Origin: Octopus sinensis
Lineage: Eukaryota
Assembly: GCF_006345805.1 (NCBI RefSeq)
Contig: NC_042998.1
Location: 71,362,001-71,426,000 of the forward strand
Length of the DNA stretch: 64,000 nt
Direction: 5' to 3'
Position numbers and translations under genes: made by a program. Numbering within the stretch: the first letter of the stretch is position 1; each line of letters starts with the position of its first letter. This document shows, piece after piece, positions 12,423-25,372 of the stretch. The notes under the pieces are model-generated. The model ran no database searches and was not told where the DNA came from. It saw only the letters and a program-made list of their open reading frames with translations.

Positions 12423-12689
12423 AGAAGGCGAAGAAGAGAAAGAGAGATGGAGTAGAAGTAGGAATTTGAATGATAGCAGAAAGGTGATAGTAATATGATG
12501 GAGGAGCATGGGAATTTTATCGCCAGAATGCAGTAATATTAATGGACTACGTTATATATTATACAAACAATGATATCGTATGGATCACATTTTTCTTTCC
12601 AATAGAAATGTAAAAAAAAAATTGAATAAAAAATATAAAAGTTTGCATTTAATTTTTTCTCTTCCATAAATCAACATTCTAATGGAAGA

Positions 12690-13300
12690 GATCGATTTTA
12701 TACTAATGAACTAGAGCTAAGTGAAATCAAAATTAAAAAAGAGAAACAAACCAAAAAAAAAAAAACGATACAAGAAACAAAACACAGACAACTGAAATAT
12801 ATTTCGTTGATGAAAAAAGCAATGCATCTAATATTTTTAAAGACCAAATCAGAAAGATTGAGAGACAGGAACTAAGGAATCAAGAATTATATAAAACTTA
12901 CAATATTTTTGATTGCAGAATTGAAAAAAAGAAAAGAACGCGTAAAATTGAAAGCTTTACATTAAGATTTTAACACCAATTTGGAAGATTTTCAAACTGA
13001 ATGCTTCTGTACGAAGTCTTTAGGCAAATGTTGCAAGGTTAAATCGAATCAGATGATTCTACAGCATAAATAATACACAAAAAGAAGAAAAAAACTCCCG
13101 ATGAAATCTTTTCAGATTTATTTTACAATTTTAGAAGAAAAGATTTGAAAACCAGTTCATTAGTGCTCCGAATATTAAAAACTATTTGGCAGGTACCATG
13201 CAGAAATTAGAAACGAAGATGCTGAAAATATATCATAATATAAAATTTGATCAACATGTAAAAAAGTCTACGATGGTCGCTATTGTAGAGTGGCAGCAAT
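12690..13300 (+). pseudogene. Possible heavily decayed DNA-transposase (hAT-like?) remnant
   Basis: Protein-like stretch SNIFKDQIRKIERQELRNQELYKTY.. broken by frameshifts and stops. Family assignment is only a weak resemblance. Confidence 0.22.
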
Positions 13301-14500
13301 GCATTTATTGATTCTTCACATACAAAATTGTTGATGTTCTGCCAAACTTAGATATGATTGGTTCTGTATCACACTCTATCTTAAACCTTCAGAGATTTAC
13401 AATTGGTTATTGTAATGTCTGCCATTCTCCTGCTCTTGTAGTAAAAATACATAACCATTATACTTTACGCCTTATTCTTATTGTATTCTGGGAGCTGTGC
13501 ACTGTGTGTCAAGCTTATTTACGTGTCTTTTTTGTTCGGTGCTGTTCTTCTTTTGTTTCTGTGAAAAGCACTCTACGTGATACGTATATTCATATAGGCA
13601 TACAGTGATGTCAACATCAGACGTGCAGGTGTAGAGGACCGAATAAAATTACCTTTATGTCAACTCCACCAGCCTAAATAAGGAACTCGTTTATTTTTCC
13701 AATTATATGTAAGAGAAACATATATTAGTTAATAGCGTAGTGTTCTTCAGATTGTATTGTATGAATATCTTTATCAATATATATGAATACAATACACACA
13801 TACAGAGACACGCGCGCGTACCCCCTCACATACATGTCTGATATGCTTACTAATGATATCTTTTGAGTCCTCTGACCGTGGATATATGTATTTTCTGGAA
13901 CGTTTTTAAATATTTCGAAACCTCATATGGCTTTAAGGATATCTCCTACTTAAATTATCCATATTCTTTCTATTTCACGTACCAGTGTGGATATTTGAAT
14001 AAATCTTTGTTTTCTGTTAAATTTACGTCAATTTTATATGGTAAACTTATGGGATTTTGAAAAGAAAATTCAACTTTCCGAGATATTTTGCCAACGATAC
14101 CAGTATATCATACTACATCTTTCTGTCAGATATATGTCAGTTAAAGTTCACCTTCGTTTTCTCTGAGATGCGTTTCTCTGACTATTTTAGTAATTTTCTC
14201 TATATTTCATGATACCCGCATAATACATACATGCATACATACATACATACATACATACATACATACATACATACATACATACATACATACATACATAAGT
14301 ACGTGCGTATGTACATAGTTGCATGCATACATACATACATACATACATACATACATACATACATACAGATATACATATATACATGCATACAAGCTAGAGT
14401 GTACACTTTGACGTCGCTTATGTAGAAAACGCTTTTAATTGTTTTTCTTTTCGTGATTAAAGTCTTGATTAAATGTGTTATAACCATTCAGAAGATAAGT

Positions 14501-14551
<51 letters not shown>

Positions 14552-14699
14552 CAGAGAGAGATGTAAAGCAAACTATATTACAAAATGAATTATTCCTTCT
14601 GTAAAATATTTTGCTATTTCATGGCATACCTAATATACATGCATATTATTGATTCTATCTGGAAGTGGGCTGGGTATTCTTGTTTTCGATAAAATCATG

Positions 14700-15500
14700 A
14701 TCCACTTCAGTATTATAGCTGCTAATATAGTGCAAGTCGTAGACAGTTAGGCTAGAACTGTATATTTTTAGAGACTGTAGTTACTTATGTCATCTGTAAG
14801 AAGATCATTTTTCCCATTGGTGATCCATTCAGTAGTTGCTTCCGTTTTTTCAATAGGTTATATTTTATTCAGCAATTATATGAGTTTCAGTTGTTCGTTT
14901 TGTGTAGTGTCAAGCTCCTTCTCGAATTGATGTTGCTTCCCGCATCCGTAAATCATGCTGTTTAAGATTGTTTTACACATACTCCTACGGCATCTTCACG
15001 ATTCATAATCCTTAACAGAAAACTGTCCACTTCTCTTACTCTTCCTAATGGTACACAATTGATTTCTACTTTGCTTTTACCTACTTCTTGATAAAATTGT
15101 TTATTTTTTCCTTTTGGTTGGAGTCGAATAGTTGATTTGTTGAAAAAATCATTGTCGCTTTATGTACAGCAAGATTTTGCGATTGTGAGCTTCGAGTTAC
15201 AGTGGTTCATCGATTTCTAGTGCTTAGTTATTTTGTTGTGGTGTTTTCCCGTGGTATTCATTTCCTGTTGTTTTCTGCCTTGTATTTTCATTATTGATTT
15301 TATTGAGGATTTTGCTTTCTGAACTTTCTATGTTATCGATTGTTTTCCAACTAACTTGTGTTGTGTGTTTGCTATTCATACATGAGTAAATCTGGGTTCG
15401 TGCTGACTTTCTCGTCTAAATATCACGATTTGCAAATTTTATTATCGATATTTCACCGGTAGATTTTAACCTTGAGGGACCCTTCTTTGGTGTATAGTGG
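14700..15500 (-). mobile_element. Possible highly decayed LINE (RTE/CR1-like) C-terminal remnant
   Basis: Minus-strand LNSMIYGC..FEKELDTTQN..LKLI weakly resembles LLYGCETW...LD..QNRCLRRI. Many stops. Confidence 0.28.
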
Positions 15501-16844
15501 TATGCAGCTATTTCACTTCTATTATTATTTCAAATTTTAGGCTATTGTCAAACTCAGAATTTCCATGACTAGAATTGCCTCTACAATCGATAAGGATCCC
15601 CATAGGAGCTAAATGGCATTTGGAACAGCGGTCAGTATGCCTACTTCATCTTAAGCGAAGTCACTATCAATGCCAACAAAATCAGTTGCGGTGATTAAAA
15701 GAAGGTGCACAACACTACCGACAAAAGCGAAGGAACAGACGGTAACAGTTAAAGTAGAATTATCGCCATCATAGCTAGGTCCGAAATATAAATAATGGCG
15801 ACAGCAAAAAGGGAAAAATATCTTCCTGAATCCAGTGGATAAATCAGTGGTGCTGAACGAGCTGTGAAAGACATACTATACTACTATTAATTGTACAACC
15901 CATCTACGATGAGAAGGCCAGGTGTCTTTCCTGTGATACTCTGGATCTTTGGTGCAAGTAGATGATTGCAAAGGTGTCTTAGTTGAACACCGATAGTAGA
16001 CGTTGTTAAAAAACCTCATGCATCTACTCAAACGCTTCCAACTGACTAACAAGTCACCACTCTATTACTTGAATATGTCAATATGCATATGGACAAAATG
16101 CATTGTTCATCCAGATTGCACCAATGTAAAGTATCATGTAAGGCAAGTAGACAGGAATAGCATACATTTTTAATTCGTCGGCTAGATAGGATTGATACAC
16201 ATAGAACCAGGGACTGAAGGTTAGTGTACCCTTCTCAGCGTTTTAAGCGGCCGGTCCGTCTATAGTCGTGAACAAGAAATGTTGGTTCGCTAGGAAAAGA
16301 GCAATAATCACAGAATCTATAATTTTTCTTAAACGAATAGCAATAAAGAAAATTAAACAAAAAGAATACCTAATTTGAAACTTAGAGAAGGTGTTCAGGA
16401 AAGATATCATGACCACTGTTCGAAGGATGAGTTGCCAGAGCTAAGGTGTCTGTTCTCAGACGCAATGCTGTTTAATGGGATTGAGTAGAAGATGCACGAC
16501 AAAGTCAAAATTATGTTTTTGACTAATTGTTATGAGAAAATAGTGGATCAAGGTAGATATGTGCGGTTCTTCTTCGACATTTGCTCGCTATTTCGGAACT
16601 AGTGGCGGACTTCATTGAATGATAGACTTCAATACTTACCTCAATGGCATGTCATGACTTTTGTAAACTGAGCTGAAATGTTGCGAAATACAATCTAAGC
16701 AACAAATTTACGGAAACACATATGTCTCTACGTGGTGGGAAAATCACTTGGTTTGTCTGATTTACTTTACATGACTTGTATGCAAGACTTGTTCGGTGAT
16801 CTAATTTGAATTCACAAATTCGGTTAACATCACACGCGCTCTTT

Positions 16845-17195
16845 TGACAAGACGATATTGTCTCTGCTAAAATTCCTTGCGTGCCGAATTACTGCATTCG
16901 CTTTAGATGTGGTTAATACTTTCACACTTTCTGCGTTTGCCCACTGAGTTATCATCAACTTCTGGCTTTACCACATTGTTTCTAATAGCTTCTGCTTTAT
17001 AGGTTATTATTAACAATTCAGCTTCTCGTTTCAGGTTGCCATCTGAAAACACAACCAACGTTCTTTACTTCTAACATCATCAGTTTATTGTATGAACTGG
17101 CCATGAAATTCCTTCCCTTACCTGCCTTTGATCATTTTATCCTTGCATTCTACTACTGTTTCTGTAACGTTTTCGTAGTATTCTCTTCACAACGC
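16845..17195 (-). mobile_element. R4/Dong-clade non-LTR retrotransposon fragment
   Basis: Minus strand gives GKEFHGQF..GNLKREAELLI..EAIRNN..CESINHI*SEC (post-RT and zinc-knuckle region). Confidence 0.65.
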
Positions 17196-17280
17196 ACAAC
17201 ATAGACATTCAAACCTAGTATTGCAGTAATATGCTGTAATCTGTGCATATTATTATTATTATTATCATTATTATTATCAT

Positions 17281-17760
17281 TGAGTAAGAGAGCAATGCAT
17301 GCCATCAAAGTGACACTGCGGTAAAATATACGAAGCCCAGTATACCCATCATGACTACCCGTCTGATAAGGGTACACCAGGCACATGCATTACAACCATA
17401 TGTGAGCGACAGGGTGATCTTGCAGGTGGGGCCCAGTTAGAAATTTCTTCTGGTCGAGTAGCCCATCCCGCTCAGAAGGTCTCTGAAATAAGGATTGTTT
17501 AAGGATTCTGAACGAACCATCCATGTTTCCAAAGGTGAATTATCCAAACCTCCAAGAATTCCTCTCAACATACGTCTATGCTGCTCCCCCAATACTTCTG
17601 CTCGTGATCAGAGATGCACATATCGTCAGCCACTAAGGGAATGCTCAACTGATTAAGGTCAAACAACTGACAAGTAAATCTGTAGTATTGAGCAGAATAT
17701 TTGCTGCAGCCAATCTTTTATACCAAGACAAAACAATGTGCATGATAACACTTCCAATCA
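17281..17760 (-). mobile_element. About 480-bp interspersed retroposon (SINE-like) with (AAT)n tail on minus strand
   Basis: GC-richer block with no ORF, ending in an (AAT/GAT)n tract at 17247-17280. Resembles an octopus-type interspersed repeat (from memory). Confidence 0.5.
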
Positions 17761-17853
17761 GTTAAGATCAGTTAAGATTATTATTATTATTATTATTATT
17801 ATTGTTGTTGTTGTTGTTGTTGTTGTTTTTTTCTTCTTCTTCTTCTTCTTCTT

Positions 17854-17884
<31 letters not shown>

Positions 17885-18369
17885 TTATTATTATTATATT
17901 ATTATTATTATTATTATTAGTAGTAGTAGTAGTAGTTGTAGAGCTTTGTGTTCTTTGGCCAAACACTTCATTTCACGTTGCTTCAAGTCACTCAGCTTAC
18001 AAAACTGAGTAATCCTTCAACAGACCAGGGGATATACACGCTATGGAAACCGAGAAGCTGGTCTTTATGAGTGCGCAGGTCTCGAGAATGATTCTTTATA
18101 GTTTTCCTAGTAACAGTGGTAGTAGTAGTGGTGGTGATGGCAGTGATGGTAGTAGTGGTGGTTCGGCATTTTTATAGTATGAAATTATCATATTTTACTC
18201 CTTCCTAAAACTTACCCAACACTTACCAAAATACTTATATATATGAATTTAATAAGAATTTCTCCTAGGAGGGTGAGCACGATCACGTTTCTATTCAGCT
18301 CCCAGCTATAACTGATACAATTTTCAGTTTTGCTGCTGGCCATCGCTACTTCATATTTCTACTTTAAAT

Positions 18370-19700
18370 TCAATATATATTCACACTTTCCTCCTTTGGC
18401 TGCAATGAATCGCAACGTCTGTTATAAAGCATTCTCATTTTTATATAATGTGTAATGAGTGATGTTTGGCCTACGGCATTCTGTTGTTCAATCTGGACGT
18501 CAAAATCCCATACAATGTTTGATTTACCAGATTCATTTAGAGTCGCTTTTAATACAAGATTGTATCTCTCATTGGAACTGTGAAATCTAATTTTATTTTT
18601 ACAAATTGACCATTGTAAATTAAGATAGAATCTGTCTTGCTGTCGCTTGTATTCTTTCTGTGTTAGCATTTTGCAGCTTGCTACAGTATGATCAATATTT
18701 TCCATTCACTCTTTATATAATCGACATGAAGTTTTTAAAGCGGCGCAATAAATATCTTTATTAACTGAATTAGTAGTTAGCATGTGTTCTTTTTCATCTA
18801 TTCCGGTACAACTACCATGATAATTCATGATTTCCTCACATTCTTCGTTACTGAAGACAAAGTACCGACAAAAGCGAAGTAGTTGACAAATCTATGAGAA
18901 AAACACAGATGGACAGATTATTGTGATAATGATTTCAAATTCCCACAAGATTGATCTTCACCATTCTGTTCTACAGTCACACCATCTATCTGGTTAGGTG
19001 CCGATATTTCACCATTTTCTCATAGACATTCTACACTCATATATGAGTGCAAAGTCCTTATACAGCTTTGTTTTCTCTCTATGATTATAACTGGTATAAC
19101 TGTTTTAGTAGCCTATGACATCACTACAGAGAAATCCCATAAAATCCTGTAATTAATATTCAACATGGGGCTCTCTGCCTCGTATTCACTTTTCTGTCTC
19201 TTCGAGTCTGTAACCCTGATTAACAATAAAAGGCCATTTTTACCAACACAGCCATGCTACATTTACAATCTTTTTGTTGAAGTTCATAGTACTCAGTTAT
19301 GAGATGTTTAATACTTTTGATCACTTCACGCATTTTGCATATGCACTCTGAGATTTATCACTCGTTCGCTTTCTCAGATTCATTCTAATGGCTTGCTCTC
19401 GAGGAGCCATACTCAATGATTCAGTTTTTCATTTCATATTTCTCTCTGTCAGCTTCGATCTTCGTTTTATATATCTTCAGTGTGTTGCATTAATGAGCCA
19501 TGTAATCCCTGTTCTGTCCAGCTGTTTATCCTCTCCTTTGCTTCTCTGCTGCTGAAACTTCTTAATGATTTAGGTCTTTCTACAATATTTTTGGTTGCAT
19601 ACATTCATCTTTCTTTCCTATGCACAATATAGTTTTACAGCTCCGATATCTTAACACAGATGATGCCGTCTGCGTTCAGCAAAGTTTTGCCTTGTCCCTT
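18370..19700 (-). mobile_element. Stack of 2-3 decayed R4/Dong-clade 3' fragments
   Basis: ENIDHTVASCKMLTQKEYKRQQD...IVWDFDVQ (18370-18705), a second partial PDGVTVEQN..LWEFEI (about 18900-19090), and WTEQGLHG..EQAIRMN..SIKHLITE..ILWDF (19090-19700). Confidence 0.75.
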
Positions 19701-20542
19701 TTTTGGTAACTAGAGTCTGTAGATATTAGTTTTAGCGGGTGTGTGTCACGATTGTAAGCTGCTTCTTAGTTCGCCTAATCCATTTCTGTTTTTGTGTACT
19801 GTAACAAAGATGGAGCAGAGTATCTTAAAACAGGTATTACTTATTTATTGACTAAATTAATGACATTAACTCCAGTTGGTTTTGATTCAAGCACTGACCG
19901 ATTTATCTTGCACTTTTTGGAAATGTTCTCATTTATCTTCTAATTACTTAATCAACACAACAGCACCTGACTCTCTTTCAGTAATCTACTGATATTCGTT
20001 CAACAAATTTCAACTTAAAATTTCTCATTACAATTAAAACTCTAGACTTATTCCTTTAAACATAACAATATCTTGCTCTGCTAGACTTAGAAAAGAGAAT
20101 CCATGACTTCCTTTCTGATGTATTATTTGATATCGTATGTATGAATTACATAATTTATAGTCACGCTAATTTTAGCAAGCTTGTAGTCAGTCCGAATTCT
20201 ATCAGTGTCCTTGTCGAAAGAATTAACGTAATCACGAAAGGTTACGCAGAGAGCGAGCCTTCCTGAATTATACTCCTCCACATTGTAAACTTCCTTAAGT
20301 CTCAGTTACGCACCGCAGAATTAGTTCGCATGATCGCATCAAAATGATGTGTGATCATGCATCTATGTACGTGTGTATGTTTGTATGTATGTATGTATGT
20401 ATGTATGTATGTATGTATGTATGTATGTATGTATGTATGTATATATATAAGTATTCATGCATGCATACATGTATTTATTATGTATGTATGTGTATGTGAG
20501 TATATCTGAATGTATATATATTTATATATATCATATAAGGTG

Positions 20543-20576
<34 letters not shown>

Positions 20577-21718
20577 GCGTGAGAGAGAGAGAAACAGAGA
20601 TACATATATAGCGAGAGGGAGAGAGAAAGAGAGAATGAAAGAGATAGAGAAAGTAATTGATCGGTAGAAAAATAGATCTATGTATACATACATATTCGTT
20701 ATTCAAGTAAAATGTTAACAAATCTATATTCATCGTAATGCTGGTTGCAGCTCCTTTTATACTTTTGGTTGAATATTCTTGCAAATGCTGGAACAAATAT
20801 TTTGTATTGAAACTCTTATGCACATGTGTCAAAATATAGAATCATTTCAATATTTTGATTGAAATGGCGTAGATATTTTCTTAAATGCGATATTTGACAC
20901 ACACTGTTAACACTACTTAACAGCGCAAATAGATTCTAATAGAATTCAGAGAAATGAAAGCGCACACATCGTATAAGATGTCTCCTTTTCCCTTTGCACC
21001 AGAATATATCGAATACGATATCTTACCCTACTGCTCAAAGACAATTTGAAAGACTCTTTTGAATGTTTCGAATTTTCGAATGCAAATACGCTTGGAAGTA
21101 CTTTAATATGCACATATATTTTCTTCTGAATGTCAAATTATTTATAAAAAATTTTGATCTAACCAGATGTTTCGATGCACTTTTAAATTGAATGGTATTT
21201 CTGTTTCTACTCCTCATAATATGTTAACCTCACGTATAAACTGAATATTTTATACATACGTCTAACTATTTTCCTGACCGGTGACAGGAAGTATGTTAAG
21301 TAAAAATATATTGTTGGAAGAAAACATTTTGGCAGGCTTAGGTCTTTATTTGAAGTGTTCTATAGAATTCAGATTATGTGAAGTAGCATTTTAGTTATTC
21401 TTGTGCATATACTAGTACCAGCACAGAATGTCGCTAACTTTGATGTAGCCGAGCATTTAGATTATTACAACATATCGTAATTACTTTTTCATATCTTGTG
21501 TCGTAATTGAGTATGTTATTAAATTCCAGTTGGAATCAATGCATAGCTTTGTTTCTTTTCACGTGGTATAGCGGACATCACACGCAGCATAATCTAATTA
21601 GTTTTTCAGAATTTGTGTGGTAATTTAGATAGTCATCAAAGAAATATGATTATGTAAATCATCAGACAACCTCTGCCAAATATGTAGGCAATACATATAT
21701 ACAAGCAAAAATGCGACG

Positions 21719-21885
21719 AACTGCCAGAATCGTAAGCACACCGGACAAAAGGCTTAGCTGCATTGACTTCAAATTCCAACGAGGTCGATTTTGCCTGTCA
21801 TCCCTTTGCGGTTGATAAAATAAGTACCAGTTGAGCAATGGGGTCGATGTAATCCACTTACCCCCTCACCCGAATTTGCTGGCCA
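21719..21885 (+). mobile_element. Decayed tRNA-related SINE (family of 58115-58300)
   Basis: Shares aaattcc..gaggtcga.tttgcct.tcatcc..gataaa.taagtaccag..ggggtcgat with 53108-53308, 58115-58300 and 48325-48497. Confidence 0.6.
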
Positions 21886-22049
21886 TGGATCAAATTTTTT
21901 AACCACTATATACATACGCAACAGCGCAAAGAACATTAACAACAGCATCACGGATGAAATTACAGCTCGAGTCAAATGTTTTTTCATATATCCACCTTTA
22001 ATTAATATTTCAAACAATTACGCACGAAAAAACTTTGTTCATTAAAATA

Positions 22050-22320
22050 TGATTAGATGCCATATTATTCTGTTGTCTTTTTCCATCCTTTTTCCAGAAG
22101 CCCAATTCCCCCCTTGTGCTATTTGGCTGGAATAAGGGAAAAGAAACTTCCCTGCACCCGTTTTCATAATCTACATTGTATCTCCTTCCAGGAAAGAAAT
22201 GAGCACTGGTTCGGAATCGGTGACAATCTGATGGTGGAAGGTCTGGACTTTAAGTAGAGTGATGCAACACCTCCAGTCCCTCAACATCCTCAACTTTGCT
22301 GTTGGTCATATTGTCAGTGG
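22050..22320 (-). mobile_element. mariner transposase C-terminal fragment
   Basis: Minus strand gives EVLHHST*SPDLPPSDCHRF (YSPDLAPSDY motif) and ..GIGLLEKGWKK. Confidence 0.75.
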
Positions 22321-24038
22321 TTATTTCTATTTCGGAATGTTTCCTTTCTTGTATAATAACTGACTCTTTCATGCAAAGCATTTATGTTCCATTTTCAATG
22401 TTGTATGTATTTAACCACCCCTGCATTTATACTACTCCCTAATTAGCATATAGAGATTAACTAAACTTTTCTATCCAATTGGGTTTTCTTACCGAATTTT
22501 TGGACACATAATTCATTTGCATTTGCTCAACAAACGTGTGATTTAGGAGCAGGTTTTTTTTCTTTCGAATCGGAATTGCGTACAGCGTGTGCAGCTTGTC
22601 TTCAAATCCCAATACACATCTTTAGTGAAGTAACATAAAATGTTGTAATCAAGCTGCGAGAAGCCGTTCTATGTATATTTTGGTGGTAATTAGCGAAGCA
22701 ATTGACATCGCTTCCATATGTGTGTATACTATTCATTGGATCTGGAAATCAACATTGCACAAAATGAATAATTGTATGATGTTCCGATATGATGTTTGGT
22801 GTATCTATTTATAAATGAATTCACTCTTTCAGAGCTAGATCCGTTGAAAATATTGAGAATACAATAGTCATAGGAACCATTGATCATTTAGACATATGTT
22901 ACCGTAATAATCAGCGATATGTCTAAAATTATGCTTATTAGAAGTAACACAATACTTCTATAAATTTTGCGCTTTGTAAGTCGAATTTAAACATTATTCA
23001 ATATATCGCCTGCTCATATATGAGATGTCAAAATGTTGATATTACCTTTAAAATATTTAACGTTGCTTACATAGAAATTTGTCATTGCCCATTACACACT
23101 GATGGAGCATGTGATGGATGATATGTCTACAATTATTTGATTGATTGATTAATTAATGCTTTAAATTATTTGGTGAATATTTGATGGAATTTTCTTCAAC
23201 CATTATAGGTATGAAAACCTCAATATTTCTTCATGTATATTAATATTAATTATGTTCGCCAACTTGTTTGATTATTGCTTCAGTTATTTGTTAGCTGCTA
23301 AATAAGGGGAAATATCAGTAACATAATCTATATATTGTATCAGCGCATAATTGTAATAGAGCTAAATATTATATCAACTGTTTACTTATAAATATTAAAC
23401 TTGATATTTAACTATCGTCACCATATCGGAAGCCGTTAAACATATAATACTATCATGTATATTTTGATGATGTATATGGAAAAACTCATCATATATCCCA
23501 TACAAAGATAAATTATGAATATATAACAGATGTTAATTCTATATTACATAGGTTTAAACTTAACTTAAATAGTAGAGACGTTACTTGCTTCCACAGTAGG
23601 TTTTCCTGAAATCTCCCCATATTGATGTCATAGACATATACACACAACAACATGTGTAATTGACTGTTGGAATATGCAGGTAAATAATTTACTTGGATTA
23701 TTACAGGTGTCTTACAAAAGATATAAATGTCCAAATGACGTCACAATTTAAAAGAGCACGTCTGTGTACCTTCAGTTTAGATTCAAATTAATATATAATT
23801 CTTAATGTATTAGATGTTAGGATATATATTTTGTCACAGACAGGAGCACTTGAAAAAAAAAACCCCAATCAATTAGATATGTAATCATATATGACATGCT
23901 TACTCTTTTACTCTTTTACATGTTTCAGTGATTTGACTGTGGCCATGCTGGAGCACCGCCTTTAGAAAATCGACCCTAGGAATTATTTTTGTAAGCCTAG
24001 TACTGTGACAAACACAGACCCACAAACATATACACACA

Positions 24039-24087
<49 letters not shown>

Positions 24088-24089
<2 letters not shown>

Positions 24090-24239
24090 CGGGCGTCTTT
24101 CAGTTCCTACCAAATCCACTCACAAGGTTTTAGTCGGCACGAAGCTATAGTAGAAGATACTTGCCTAAGGTGCCACGGAGTGGGACTGAACCCAGAACCA
24201 TGTAGTTCGTAAGCAAGCTACTTACCACAAAGCCACGCT
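24088..24239 (-). mobile_element. tRNA-derived SINE with (TA)n tail (repeated in all three tandem units)
   Basis: Minus strand reads agcgtggctttgtggtaagtagcttgcttacgaac...gggttcagtccc (A/B-box-like), then caccttaggcaagt, ending in (TA)n. Confidence 0.7.
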
Positions 24240-24456
24240 TAGTCAAATAATTTGTCGAAAATAACGTCATTAATTATACAAGAAACCAAAGAGGCGTAAA
24301 ACCATTAAATGCAATGGCAAACATTTTATCTTGTTTATTAGAATCACCAACAGAAAATACTTTGTAATTTTTATAGAAACTGCCAAAAATGAAGTTAGAA
24401 ATATTTTTTGGTCTCCACAGAACTTTTGTCCATTATGATGCAAAATTCGATAATGT

Positions 24457-24504
<48 letters not shown>

Positions 24505-24883
24505 GACGGGCGTCTTTCAGTTTCCTACCAAATCCACTCACAAGGTTTTAGTCGGCACGAAGCTATAGTAGAAGATACTTGCCTAAGGTGCCACGGAGTG
24601 GGACTGAACCCAGAACCATGTAGTTCGTAAGCAAGCTACTTACCACAAAGCCACGCTTAGTCAAATAATTTGTCGAAAATAACGTCATTAATTATACAAG
24701 AAACCAAAGAGGCGTAAAACCATTAAATGCAATGGCAAACATTTTATCTTGTTTATTAGAATCACCAACAGAAAATACTTTGTAATTTTTATAGAAACTG
24801 CCAAAAATGAAGTTAGAAATATTTTTTGGTCTCCACAGAACTTTTGTCCATTATGATGCAAAATTCGATAATGTTATATATAT

Positions 24884-24922
<39 letters not shown>

Positions 24923-25291
24923 GACGGGCGTCTTTCAGTTTCCTACCAAATCCACTCACAAGGTTTTAGTCGGCACGAAGCTATAGTAGAAGATACTTGC
25001 CTAAGGTGCCACGGAGTGGGACTGAACCCAGAACCATGTAGTTCGTAAGCAAGCTACTTACCACAAAGCCACGCTTAGTCAAATAATTTGTCGAAAATAA
25101 CGTCATTAATTATACAAGAAACCAAAGAGGCGTAAAACCATTAAATGCAATGGCAAACATTTTATCTTGTTTATTAGAATCACCAACAGAAAATACTTTG
25201 TAATTTTTATAGAAACTGCCAAAAATGAAGTTAGAAATATTTTTTGGTCTCCACAGAACTTTTGTCCATTATGATGCAAAATTCGATAATG

Positions 25292-25292
<1 letters not shown>
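24088..25292. repeat. Three near-identical tandem copies of a 369-370 bp unit separated by (TA)n (period 417-418)
   Basis: Copies at 24088-24456, 24505-24874 and 24923-25292. The only difference I saw is one missing T in copy 1. Confidence 0.97.
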
Positions 25293-25339
<47 letters not shown>

Positions 25340-25341
25340 CT

Positions 25342-25372
<31 letters not shown>

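Noticed and set aside
16641-16673. 33-nt minus-strand micro-exon candidate (SVYKSHDMPL) with a GTAAGT donor
   Set aside because: It lies near decayed retroelement sequence, has no recognisable peptide, and is expected by chance in 64 kb.
17100-17165. Strong minus-strand splice donor (cag|gtaagg)
   Set aside because: It lies inside the R4/Dong fragment, so it is coincidental.
24088-25292. Possible CRISPR-like or retrozyme array
   Set aside because: Units are identical with no unique spacers, the context is eukaryotic, and no hammerhead was found in the unit.
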